Assembly: GCA_031403955.1 (NCBI GenBank)
Contig: JANNGR010000583.1
Span: 3,865-67,864, forward strand
Direction of reading: 5' to 3'
DNA from: Betaproteobacteria bacterium
GTDB lineage: Bacteria; Pseudomonadota; Gammaproteobacteria; Burkholderiales; Burkholderiaceae_C
Length of the DNA stretch: 64,000 nucleotides
Shown: one piece after another, positions 38,092-46,574 of the stretch
Numbering within the stretch: the stretch's first letter is position 1
Layout of the letters: each line of letters opens with the position of its first letter
Notes under the pieces: generated by a model
Told to the model about the DNA's origin: nothing
Databases searched by the model: none
What the model saw: the letters and a program-made list of their open reading frames with translations, nothing else
Position numbers and translations under genes: made by a program

Positions 38092-40230
38092 TCAACGCAC
38101 CCGCATACCGGGCTGTGCCCCAATGGAAGGCTCCAGCACATGGATGCCGGGTTGGGCCTTTTCGTCAGCATGGCTGGCCGCCAGCACCATGCCTTCGCTG
38201 ACGCCAAACTTCATCTTGCGCGGCGCCAGGTTGGCGACCATGACCGTCAACTTACCGACCAAATTTTCGGGCTTGTAGGCGCCGGCGATACCGCTGAAAA
38301 CGTTTCTGGTTTTTCCCTCGCCGGTGTCGAGGGTCAGGCGCAGCAGTTTGGTGCTGCCTTCGACGGCCTCGCAGTTGACTATTTTGGCGATGCGCAGGTC
38401 GATCTTCGCGAAGTCGTCGATGGTGATGGTGGGGGCGATGGCTTCGCCGCCGGGTACCAGATTCTCAGTCTCTGCTTGCGCCGGGGCTTCAAAAAGGGAT
38501 TCGAGTTGCTTGGGGTCGACGCGTTGCATCAGGTGCCGGTAGTGCCCGATTTTGTGACCGGGTGGAAAACTCTTCGCGGCGTCCGGGAAGAGCAGCGGAG
38601 CAACACCAAGAAACCGTTCCGCTTGTTCGGCCAAAGACGGCAGGATTGGCTTCAGATAAATCGTCAGCAACCGGAAACACTCGATCACGGCAGAGCAAAC
38701 CATGTGGAGCTTTGCGCGAGCCTCGGGCTGTTTCGCCAGCTCCCAAGGCTTGAACGCGTCATACATGGTGTTGACAAGATCCGCTAGCTGCATTACCTTG
38801 CGCACGGCCTTGGCAAACTCGCGCGCTTCATAAAGCGCTTCTATCTCCTTGCTCTGGGCGCGAACAAAAGCCGTTACATCCGCCGGAGCACCCGGGCCGG
38901 CATGTTTTGCGGCGTCGAAGACCATCGACTCGGTCATCCCGGAGGCGCTCAGAAATTGAACGCCACCCATGCCCACTTCACCATTGAATATCCTGCCAAT
39001 AAAGCTGGCCGCGCGGCTCGCGATATTCACATACTTGCCAATCAGGTCGCTGTTGACGCGGGCCATGAAATCTTCCGGGCTGAATTCGATGTCTTCATTG
39101 CGTGACGACAACTTCGCCGCGATGTAGTAACGCAACCACTCCGGGTTCATGCCCAGACTCAGGTACTTGAGCGGGTCCAGTCCGGTGCCGCGGCTCTTGC
39201 TCATCTTCTCGCTATCGACTGTCAAAAATCCGTGCACGAAAATCGCGCTGGGTGTCTTGCGGCCGCTGAAATGCAGCATGGCGGGCCAGAACAGGGTGTG
39301 AAAAGTGATGATGTCCTTGCCGATGAAGTGGACCTGCTCTACCGCCGGGTCGGCCATGAAGGCGTCGAACTGAGCCGCGCCTTGGGCCGCTCCGCTGATC
39401 TTGACGAAGCGGTTTTTCAGCGCCGCGAGGTAACCAATCGGCGCGTCCAGCCAGACATAAAAATACTTGCCCGGCGCGTCGGGGATTTGTATGCCGAAGT
39501 AGGGTGCGTCGCGGCTAATGTCCCAGTCGCCCAGGTCGCGTTTGCCGGCTTCATCGGGTGTTAGCCATTCCTTGATCTTGTTGTAGACCTCGCTTTGCAA
39601 GCGCCCGCTGGTGCGGGTCCACTGCTCCAGAAACGCCACGCAGCGTGGGTCGGACAGGCTGAAGAAATAATGTTCCGAGTCACGCAGCACCGGCGTCACG
39701 CCGCTCAGCGCGGAATATGGGTTTTTCAGTTCGGTCGGGCTGTAGACGGCGCCACACACCTCGCAGTTATCACCGTACTGGTCCTTGGCGCCGCACTTGG
39801 GGCATTCGCCCTTGATGAAGCGGTCAGGCAGGAACATGTTTTTTTGCGGGTCGAAGAACTGTTTAATCACGCGCGAACTGATCAGACCGGCGCTTTTCAG
39901 GTCGAGGTAAATCTTCTGCGCCAGTTCATGGTTCTCTGGCGCATCGGTCGAATGCCAATTGTCGAAACTGATGTGAAAGCCATCCAGATACGGCTTGCGG
40001 CCGGCCGCGATGTCGGCCACAAACTGCTGCGGCGTCTTGCCGGCCTTTTCGGCGGCGATCATGATGGGTGCGCCGTGCGCGTCGTCGGCGCAGACAAAAT
40101 GCACTTCATGGCCCAGCATCCTCTGGAACCGCACCCAGATATCAGCCTGGATGTATTCCATGATGTGGCCGATGTGGAAGTTGCCGTTGGCGTACGGCAA
40201 GGCGGTGGTGACGAAGAGTTGGCGTGGCAT
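38092..40230 (-). CDS. metG: Methionine--tRNA ligase with C-terminal tRNA-binding domain
   Basis: 'HIGH', Zn knuckle 'CPKC...CEVC', 'KMSKS', C-terminal 'FAKIDLRIA'. Confidence 0.97.
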   Translation of the reverse strand: MPRQLFVTTALPYANGNFHIGHIMEYIQADIWVRFQRMLGHEVHFVCADDAHGAPIMIAAEKAGKTPQQFVADIAAGRKPYLDGFHISFDNWHSTDAPENHELAQKIYLDLKSAGLISSRVIKQFFDPQKNMFLPDRFIKGECPKCGAKDQYGDNCEVCGAVYSPTELKNPYSALSGVTPVLRDSEHYFFSLSDPRCVAFLEQWTRTSGRLQSEVYNKIKEWLTPDEAGKRDLGDWDISRDAPYFGIQIPDAPGKYFYVWLDAPIGYLAALKNRFVKISGAAQGAAQFDAFMADPAVEQVHFIGKDIITFHTLFWPAMLHFSGRKTPSAIFVHGFLTVDSEKMSKSRGTGLDPLKYLSLGMNPEWLRYYIAAKLSSRNEDIEFSPEDFMARVNSDLIGKYVNIASRAASFIGRIFNGEVGMGGVQFLSASGMTESMVFDAAKHAGPGAPADVTAFVRAQSKEIEALYEAREFAKAVRKVMQLADLVNTMYDAFKPWELAKQPEARAKLHMVCSAVIECFRLLTIYLKPILPSLAEQAERFLGVAPLLFPDAAKSFPPGHKIGHYRHLMQRVDPKQLESLFEAPAQAETENLVPGGEAIAPTITIDDFAKIDLRIAKIVNCEAVEGSTKLLRLTLDTGEGKTRNVFSGIAGAYKPENLVGKLTVMVANLAPRKMKFGVSEGMVLAASHADEKAQPGIHVLEPSIGAQPGMRVR

Positions 40231-40299
40231 CGGACAAGCGCGGTTGAATGCGGCCGGGACTGGCCGAAGCGCCTGATTCTAGTCGGCCCAAAAAGCGCG

Positions 40300-41610
40300 T
40301 TAACGCACCCGCAACGGATCGCGGCGCCGCTCGACCAGGGGTTTTGCGCCGAAGCGCTCATCCGGCGCGGTCGCTGGCGCGCTGGCGTCGCACCAACCAA
40401 AAAAAGCGCAAATCTCCGCACGTTGGCGCAGCGCGTCGGCATGCCCCAGCGCCATCAGTTCCTGTGTGAAGGCGGGCTCGAACAGCAGGTAACTCGCCAA
40501 CACGGCACCTTTCACGTCCGCCTTGTCCGATGTCACGCCGACACCACCGAGCAGGCTACGCACCGCGCGTGGCAGGTCACGCACGTGGCGTGCGGCTATC
40601 GCATCGATTCGTTGTGAGGGTGCAATCAGCAGCAGGTCGATGGCTCGCAAGCCGCTGCCCTGGCGCGCCTCGGGTGGCACCAGCGTTATGGTGTGGTTGA
40701 TGCGGCGCACGCGTTCTACATCCACCGCCAGCGCATCGAGAAAAATATTCGACAAGGTGTGCCCGGCAATCTGGGCCAAGGACGGGTAGGTGTTGGGCGG
40801 TGCCAATCGCCCATCGATTCTGGGCTCGTGCATGCGCCCGGCGCCCACCACCAGGATACGCTGCGCCCCCAAATGGATCGCCGCCGCTACCGGCGCCGAC
40901 TGGCGCATGGAACCGTCGCCAAAATACTCGGTACGCCCGTCGATTTGCAGCGCCGCGGCCGGAAAAACAAATGGAATCGCCGATGACGCCAGCAGGTGCT
41001 GGTGCGTTATCCGGTCGCGCACGGCGAAGCGTTGTGAGCGCACCCAGGGCGTAAGCCCGGCGGCCCCTTCAAAGAAGGTCACATGCTCGCCCGAGCTGTA
41101 ACTCGATGCGGTCACCGCCAATGCGTGCACATGGCCCAGGCGAATCAGCTCGGGCAGGCGTTCCAGCGGCACCATGGAATGCAGCAAATCATGCAGCGGT
41201 GCGTTGTCCAGCAACGAACGCGGTTTGAGCCGGTGCCACTTGGCCAGCAGCCAACCTAGCGACAACAAGGTCAGCCAAGTGGCGCCGGTACGCAATATGC
41301 CCAGTGAATCGGCCCGGTATACCTGGTGCGCATGAAAATGTCTCCATACCTCTGCCATGCGTCGCACGGCGGCATCGAAGTCATCGGCGGCGGCATCGAA
41401 GTCATCGGCGGCGCAGGCCAGCGCCGACGCATTGATGGCCCCGGCCGAGGTGCCGGTGATGATTGGAAACGGATTGGGTTCCCCCAGTGTGGCGCACGTT
41501 TTGCGAATATCGGCCACCGCCTCCAGCACGCCCACTTGATAGGCCGCACGTGCTCCACCGCCAGTCAGCAGGAGTCCGGTTTTTGGCAGGTTCTGGTCGA
41601 TGCTTGGCAT
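40300..41610 (-). CDS. Patatin-like phospholipase
   Basis: 'GGGARAAYQVG', 'GTSAG', 'GDGS'. Confidence 0.88.
   Translation of the reverse strand: MPSIDQNLPKTGLLLTGGGARAAYQVGVLEAVADIRKTCATLGEPNPFPIITGTSAGAINASALACAADDFDAAADDFDAAVRRMAEVWRHFHAHQVYRADSLGILRTGATWLTLLSLGWLLAKWHRLKPRSLLDNAPLHDLLHSMVPLERLPELIRLGHVHALAVTASSYSSGEHVTFFEGAAGLTPWVRSQRFAVRDRITHQHLLASSAIPFVFPAAALQIDGRTEYFGDGSMRQSAPVAAAIHLGAQRILVVGAGRMHEPRIDGRLAPPNTYPSLAQIAGHTLSNIFLDALAVDVERVRRINHTITLVPPEARQGSGLRAIDLLLIAPSQRIDAIAARHVRDLPRAVRSLLGGVGVTSDKADVKGAVLASYLLFEPAFTQELMALGHADALRQRAEICAFFGWCDASAPATAPDERFGAKPLVERRRDPLRVR
41368..41409. repeat. Exact 21-bp tandem duplication inside the patatin gene (ADDFDAA twice)
   Basis: GGCGGCATCGAAGTCATCGGC at 41368-41388 and 41389-41409. 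Confidence 0.9.
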
Positions 41611-41686
41611 CGAAGCATTATCGATTGGCCCGCGCGAACCGGGCACAAACAGCCTTCGCTAGACTACATGCCTCTAGGAGTAATTA

Positions 41687-42778
41687 ATGGCAGTTTCAGA
41701 ACAAGGTTTGATGGATGCGCTCAAGTCTGTCGTCGATCCAAATACCGGACGCGACTTTGTGTCAACGCGCGCCATCAGAAACCTGAGCGTGCTGGAGGGC
41801 GACGTGGCTTTTGACGTCGAGTTGGGATACCCGGCCAAAAGCCAGATTGCGGGCTTTCGCAAAGCCCTGGTGGCTGCCGCCAAATCGGTTGCCGGGGTCG
41901 AGAATGTCTCGGTCAACGTCAGCATGAAAATCATCCCGCACTCGGTGCAACGCGGCGTGCAGTTGATGCCCAACATCAAGAATATCGTTGCCGTTGCGTC
42001 CGGCAAGGGCGGCGTGGGTAAAAGCACGATGGCGGTGAACCTGGCCTTGGCGCTGGCGGCGGAAGGCGCGAGTGTGGGGGTGCTGGACGCCGACATCTAT
42101 GGCCCCAGTGTTCCGATGATGCTGGGCATCAGCGGCAAGCCCGACAGCGCCGACGGCAAAAGCATGGAGCCAATGGAGAACTACGGTGTGCAGGTAATGT
42201 CGATCGGGTTCCTGGTGGCGCAGGACGAGGCCATGATCTGGCGCGGCCCGATGGCGACGCAGGCGCTGGAGCAGTTGCTGCGCCAGACCAACTGGAAGGA
42301 CCTGGACTACCTGATTGTCGACATGCCGCCCGGTACCGGAGACATACAGCTGACCATGAGCCAGCGGGTGCCGATGACCGGCGCCATCATCGTCACGACG
42401 CCGCAGGACATAGCCTTGCTGGACGTGAAAAAAGGCATCAAGATGTTCGAGAAGGTGGGCGTGCCGATTCTGGGCATCGTGGAAAACATGGCGGTGCATG
42501 TTTGCAGCCAGTGTGGCCACCAGGAACATATTTTTGGCGCGGATGGCGGCAAGAAAATGGCGGCCGAGTACGGTATGGATTACCTGGGCGCCTTGCCGCT
42601 CGACATGCAAATCCGCCTTCAGGCCGATAACGGCCATCCGACGGTGGTCGCCGACCCGGATGGCGAAGTGGCGGCCATCTACAAGGCCGTAGCGCGGCAG
42701 ATCGCGGTGTCGATAGCCGCCAAGAACAAGGACTTTTCGTCGAAGTTCCCGTCCATCAAGATTTCGAAGGAAACTTGA
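41687..42778 (+). CDS. apbC: Fe-S cluster carrier ApbC/Mrp
   Basis: 'ASGKGGVGKST', 'DADIYGPS', 'WRGPM', 'DMPPGTGD', 'CSQC'. Confidence 0.95.
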   Translation: MAVSEQGLMDALKSVVDPNTGRDFVSTRAIRNLSVLEGDVAFDVELGYPAKSQIAGFRKALVAAAKSVAGVENVSVNVSMKIIPHSVQRGVQLMPNIKNIVAVASGKGGVGKSTMAVNLALALAAEGASVGVLDADIYGPSVPMMLGISGKPDSADGKSMEPMENYGVQVMSIGFLVAQDEAMIWRGPMATQALEQLLRQTNWKDLDYLIVDMPPGTGDIQLTMSQRVPMTGAIIVTTPQDIALLDVKKGIKMFEKVGVPILGIVENMAVHVCSQCGHQEHIFGADGGKKMAAEYGMDYLGALPLDMQIRLQADNGHPTVVADPDGEVAAIYKAVARQIAVSIAAKNKDFSSKFPSIKISKET

Positions 42779-42787
42779 GCAGCCGAA

Positions 42788-42905
42788 ATCCTGAAACCTG
42801 GTGGGACAGACCGCAGCCACACGCAGTGGGCAAGCTCTGTCCCCAAAGCCTGAGACCTTGTGGGACAGACCGCAGCCACACGCAGTGGGCAAGCTCTGTC
42901 CCCAA
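42788..42905. repeat. Two tandem 59-bp-period REP-like units, each with a GGGACAGA...TCTGTCCC inverted repeat
   Basis: 46-bp core identical at 42801-42846 and 42860-42905. Confidence 0.88.
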
Positions 42906-42911
42906 CACTTC

Positions 42912-42967
42912 GTCGGATGTTGGATGTTGGATGTCAGAAGTCAGATGTCAGATGCCGGATGTCGGAT
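42912..42967. repeat. Heptamer tandem array, 8 units (consensus GTYRGAT)
   Basis: GTCGGAT GTTGGAT GTTGGAT GTCAGAA GTCAGAT GTCAGAT GCCGGAT GTCGGAT. Confidence 0.9.
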
Positions 42968-43036
42968 TGTTGAATTGCCCAACGCCCCAGTCCAATTGGA
43001 CTGCAACCTGACGCTCGGTCATACTGCGCCCACCCC

Positions 43037-44701
43037 TTGAACCAACAAGGCGATAACCACGAGAAACTGATGTCAGGGTTTCTGGACAAGGAACGTACGA
43101 TTGCCGGGCCCGGTTTCAATCGCTGGTTGGTCCCGCCTGCCGCCTTGGCGATTCATTTGTGCATCGGCATGGCGTATGGTTTTTCCGTGTTCTGGTTGCC
43201 GCTGTCCAGGGCGCTGGGCAAAACGCAACCGATCGACTGTGGCCCGGATTCCGGTTTCTTCGCCGAACTGTTCACCACCAGCTGCGACTGGAAGATTTCG
43301 ACGTTGGGTTGGATGTACACGCTGTTTTTTGTGCTGCTGGGCTCAAGCGCGGCAATTTGGGGCCGCTGGCTGGAACGTGTCGGACCACGCAAGGCGGGCG
43401 TGGTGTCGGCGTTGTGCTGGTGTGGTGGCATGTTGATATCGGCGTTGGGCGTCTACCTGCACCAGTTCTGGATCATGGCGCTGGGCTCGGGCGTGATTGG
43501 CGGCATCGGACTTGGACTGGGCTATATATCACCGGTGTCCACGTTAATCAAATGGTTTCCCGACCGCCGGGGCATGGCTACCGGCATGGCGATCATGGGC
43601 TTTGGCGGCGGCGCGATGATCGGCTCGCCCCTGGCCGCCGATTTGATGCAGTATTTCGCCACTCCCAACGACGTCGGTGTGGTGCCAACCTTTGTTGTGA
43701 TGGCGCTGGTGTACTTCGTCTTCATGCTGGCCGGTGCGCTCGGTTACCGGGTACCCGAGACCGGCTGGAAGCCCGCAAACTGGACGCCGCCACCGGCGCA
43801 TGCGCGCAACGCCATGATCACACAGCGCCACGTGCACGTCGCCAAGGTCTGGGCGATACCGCAGTTCTGGCTGCTCTGGATGGTGCTGTGCATGAATGTC
43901 AGCGCCGGCATCGGTGTCATCGGCATGGCCTCGCCGATGCTCCAGGAGGTGTTTGGTGGTTCGCTTATCGGCGTTGACCGGAAATATGACGAACTCAACC
44001 CGGCGCAACTGGCGGCGATTGCCAGCGTGGCAGCGGGTTTTACCGCGTTATTGAGTTTGTTCAATATTGGCGGGCGTTTTTTCTGGGCCAGCCTGTCCGA
44101 TCTGCTTGGCCGCAAGATTACTTACGTGGTGTTTTTTGTGCTCGGTGGTGTGTTGTATTTGAGTGTTCCGGGCAGCGCGGCGGCGGGCAGCGTGGTGTGG
44201 TTTGTGGTTGCGTTTTGTGTCATCCTGAGTATGTACGGCGGCGGCTTCGCAACCGTGCCGGCTTATCTGGCGGATTTGTTTGGCACGCAGATGGTGGGCG
44301 CCATTCATGGCCGGCTGCTCACGGCATGGGCCACCGCCGGTGTGCTGGGGCCAGTGGTGGTGAATTACATGCGTGAGTACCAGATCGGCCTGGGTCTGCC
44401 GCGTGAACAGGTGTACAACCAGACCATGACGATACTCGCTGGTATGCTGGCGGTGGGCCTGGTGTGCAACCTGATGGTGCGCCCGTTGGCCGGCAAATGG
44501 TTCATGACCGACGCCGAGCTGGCGGATGAAAAACTGCTGGCGCACGAAAAAGCGGCGGCTGGCGTGCCGGTGCCTGGCGACGGTGGCGGCGCTGCTGCCG
44601 TGAGCCCGGTGCTGGTGGTGCTGGCCTGGGCCGCGGTCGGTTTTCCCTTGGCTTGGGGGGTGTACCGCACATCGCAAAGTGTCGCAAAATTCTTTAGCTG
44701 A
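43037..44701 (+). CDS. OFA-family MFS transporter (oxalate/formate antiporter-like)
   Basis: 'RWLVPPAALAIHLCIG..YGFSVF', 'GLGYISPVSTLIKWFPDRRGMATGMAIMGFGGGA', 'YGGGFATVPAYLADLFG'; alternative start at 43070. Confidence 0.9.
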   Translation: MNQQGDNHEKLMSGFLDKERTIAGPGFNRWLVPPAALAIHLCIGMAYGFSVFWLPLSRALGKTQPIDCGPDSGFFAELFTTSCDWKISTLGWMYTLFFVLLGSSAAIWGRWLERVGPRKAGVVSALCWCGGMLISALGVYLHQFWIMALGSGVIGGIGLGLGYISPVSTLIKWFPDRRGMATGMAIMGFGGGAMIGSPLAADLMQYFATPNDVGVVPTFVVMALVYFVFMLAGALGYRVPETGWKPANWTPPPAHARNAMITQRHVHVAKVWAIPQFWLLWMVLCMNVSAGIGVIGMASPMLQEVFGGSLIGVDRKYDELNPAQLAAIASVAAGFTALLSLFNIGGRFFWASLSDLLGRKITYVVFFVLGGVLYLSVPGSAAAGSVVWFVVAFCVILSMYGGGFATVPAYLADLFGTQMVGAIHGRLLTAWATAGVLGPVVVNYMREYQIGLGLPREQVYNQTMTILAGMLAVGLVCNLMVRPLAGKWFMTDAELADEKLLAHEKAAAGVPVPGDGGGAAAVSPVLVVLAWAAVGFPLAWGVYRTSQSVAKFFS

Positions 44702-44762
44702 AAATCCTTCCTGAGCCATTCCAGCCGTAGCGCGATTGTTGCGCGTCGGCGGCCTAAAAGAT

Positions 44763-46574
44763 ATGAATCGAACCAGCCAATCCCGTGAAATCCCTGCCGT
44801 AGTGGTGGCTACCGTTGAGGAACTGCGCGAGCGCATCCGCCGCAAGCGCCAGCTAAAGGGTCGGCAGGCGGACCAGGTGTCGCTTGGCGAAGTACGTTCC
44901 TTGATCGGCGAGCCGGCGATCGGCGGGCATCGGCGTGACTTGTTGATTGAACACTTGCACAAACTCAACGATGCCTACCGCTGCCTGCATGACCGCCATC
45001 TGGTTGCCCTGTCCAAAGAGATGAATATCCCGATGGCGGAGGTTTATGAGGTGGCCACCTTCTACCACCATTTCGACGTTGTCAAGGGTGATGCCCAGGC
45101 GCCGGGCCTGACGGTGCGGGTGTGTGATGGCCTGAGTTGTGAACTGGCCGGGTCAAGAGATTTGATGGAGCGCCTGCCCGCCTTGTTGGGCAATCTGGAT
45201 GTGCGCGTGATGCCGGCACCCTGTGTGGGACGCTGCGAGCAGGCGCCGGTAGCCGTGGTGCACCAATACCCGGTGTTGCATGCCACGCCCGAGCGGGTGG
45301 CGGCGAGTGTGCGGGGCGGGATGACCCAACACCCGGCAGCGCTCGGGTCGACCGATTTTGACGCAGCGTCGAAGGCCGAAAAGAGCGTGTCACCGCCACC
45401 GCAAGACGTTCAGGTTTCGCCCGGCTACACCGGATATGACAACTACCGGGCGAATGGCGGTTATGCACTGGCGGCAGCGCTAGTAAATGGTGAAGAAGAA
45501 GCAGAGCGTATCCTGAAGGCAATGGAAGATTCCGGTCTGCGTGGGCTGGGCGGCGCGGGCTTCCCGGCTGGGCGCAAGTGGCGCATTGTGAGCGAGCAAG
45601 CCGCGCCGCGTGTCATGGCCGTGAACATTGACGAAGGGGAGCCCGGTACCTTCAAGGACAGAACTTACCTGGAGCGGGACCCGCACCGTTTTCTGGAAGG
45701 CATGCTGGTTGCGGCGCAGGTGGCGGGCACTGACGTCTGCTACCTGTACCTGCGTGACGAATACCATGGCTGCCGGGCGATATTGGAGGCCGAACTGGCC
45801 CTGCTGCGGGCCAACCCGCCGTGCCCGTTGCCCGCGATTGAGTTGCGCCGCGGCGCCGGTGCCTATATCTGCGGCGAAGAGTCGGCCATGATTGAGAGTA
45901 TCGAAGGCAAACGCGGCGAGCCACGCATGCGCCCGCCCTACATTGCCCAAGTCGGTTTGTTTGGCCGCCCCACGCTCGAACACAACTTGGAGACCCTGTA
46001 CTGGGTGCGCGATATTGTGGAAAAAGGCGCCGGCTGGTTCAGCGGCTTTGGCCGCCACGGCCGCAAAGGCTTGCGGTCCTTCAGTGTCAGCGGTCGTGTC
46101 AGTCATCCCGGTGTGAAGCTGGCGCCCGCGGGTATTACGGTGCAGGAGTTGATCGACGAATACTGCGGCGGCATGCTGGATGGCCATACGCTTTACGCCT
46201 ATCTGCCGGGTGGTGCGTCGGGCGGCATTTTGCCGGCCAGCCTGAGCAATATAGCGCTGGATTTCGACACCTTGCAAGCCTATGGCTGCTTCATTGGGTC
46301 CGCCGCCGTGATCGTGCTCAGCCACAAAGACCGGGCGCGTGATGCCGCGCTGAACATGATGCGGTTTTTTGAACATGAGAGTTGCGGCCAGTGCACGCCC
46401 TGCCGTGTGGGAACCGCGAAGGCGGTTCGGTTGATGCAAGCGCCGGTTTGGGACAACGACACGCTGGAAGACTTGAACCTGGTGATGGCAGATGCATCGA
46501 TTTGTGGCCTGGGGCAGGCTGCGCCCAATCCGGTGCGCAGCATCCAGCAGTATTTCGCGCAGGAGATCACTTGA
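44763..46574 (+). CDS. Formate dehydrogenase beta subunit, NuoE+NuoF fusion (2Fe-2S, FMN, 4Fe-4S)
   Basis: 'VATFYHHF', 'CDGLSC...CVGRC', 'GLRGLGGAGFP', 'YICGEESA', 'CGQCTPCR...C'. Confidence 0.92.
   Translation: MNRTSQSREIPAVVVATVEELRERIRRKRQLKGRQADQVSLGEVRSLIGEPAIGGHRRDLLIEHLHKLNDAYRCLHDRHLVALSKEMNIPMAEVYEVATFYHHFDVVKGDAQAPGLTVRVCDGLSCELAGSRDLMERLPALLGNLDVRVMPAPCVGRCEQAPVAVVHQYPVLHATPERVAASVRGGMTQHPAALGSTDFDAASKAEKSVSPPPQDVQVSPGYTGYDNYRANGGYALAAALVNGEEEAERILKAMEDSGLRGLGGAGFPAGRKWRIVSEQAAPRVMAVNIDEGEPGTFKDRTYLERDPHRFLEGMLVAAQVAGTDVCYLYLRDEYHGCRAILEAELALLRANPPCPLPAIELRRGAGAYICGEESAMIESIEGKRGEPRMRPPYIAQVGLFGRPTLEHNLETLYWVRDIVEKGAGWFSGFGRHGRKGLRSFSVSGRVSHPGVKLAPAGITVQELIDEYCGGMLDGHTLYAYLPGGASGGILPASLSNIALDFDTLQAYGCFIGSAAVIVLSHKDRARDAALNMMRFFEHESCGQCTPCRVGTAKAVRLMQAPVWDNDTLEDLNLVMADASICGLGQAAPNPVRSIQQYFAQEIT

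Noticed and set aside
42801-42905. 46-bp direct repeats as a CRISPR array
   Set aside because: Only two copies, the 13-bp linkers resemble each other rather than being unique spacers, and no cas genes are present; it behaves as a tandem REP-like repeat.
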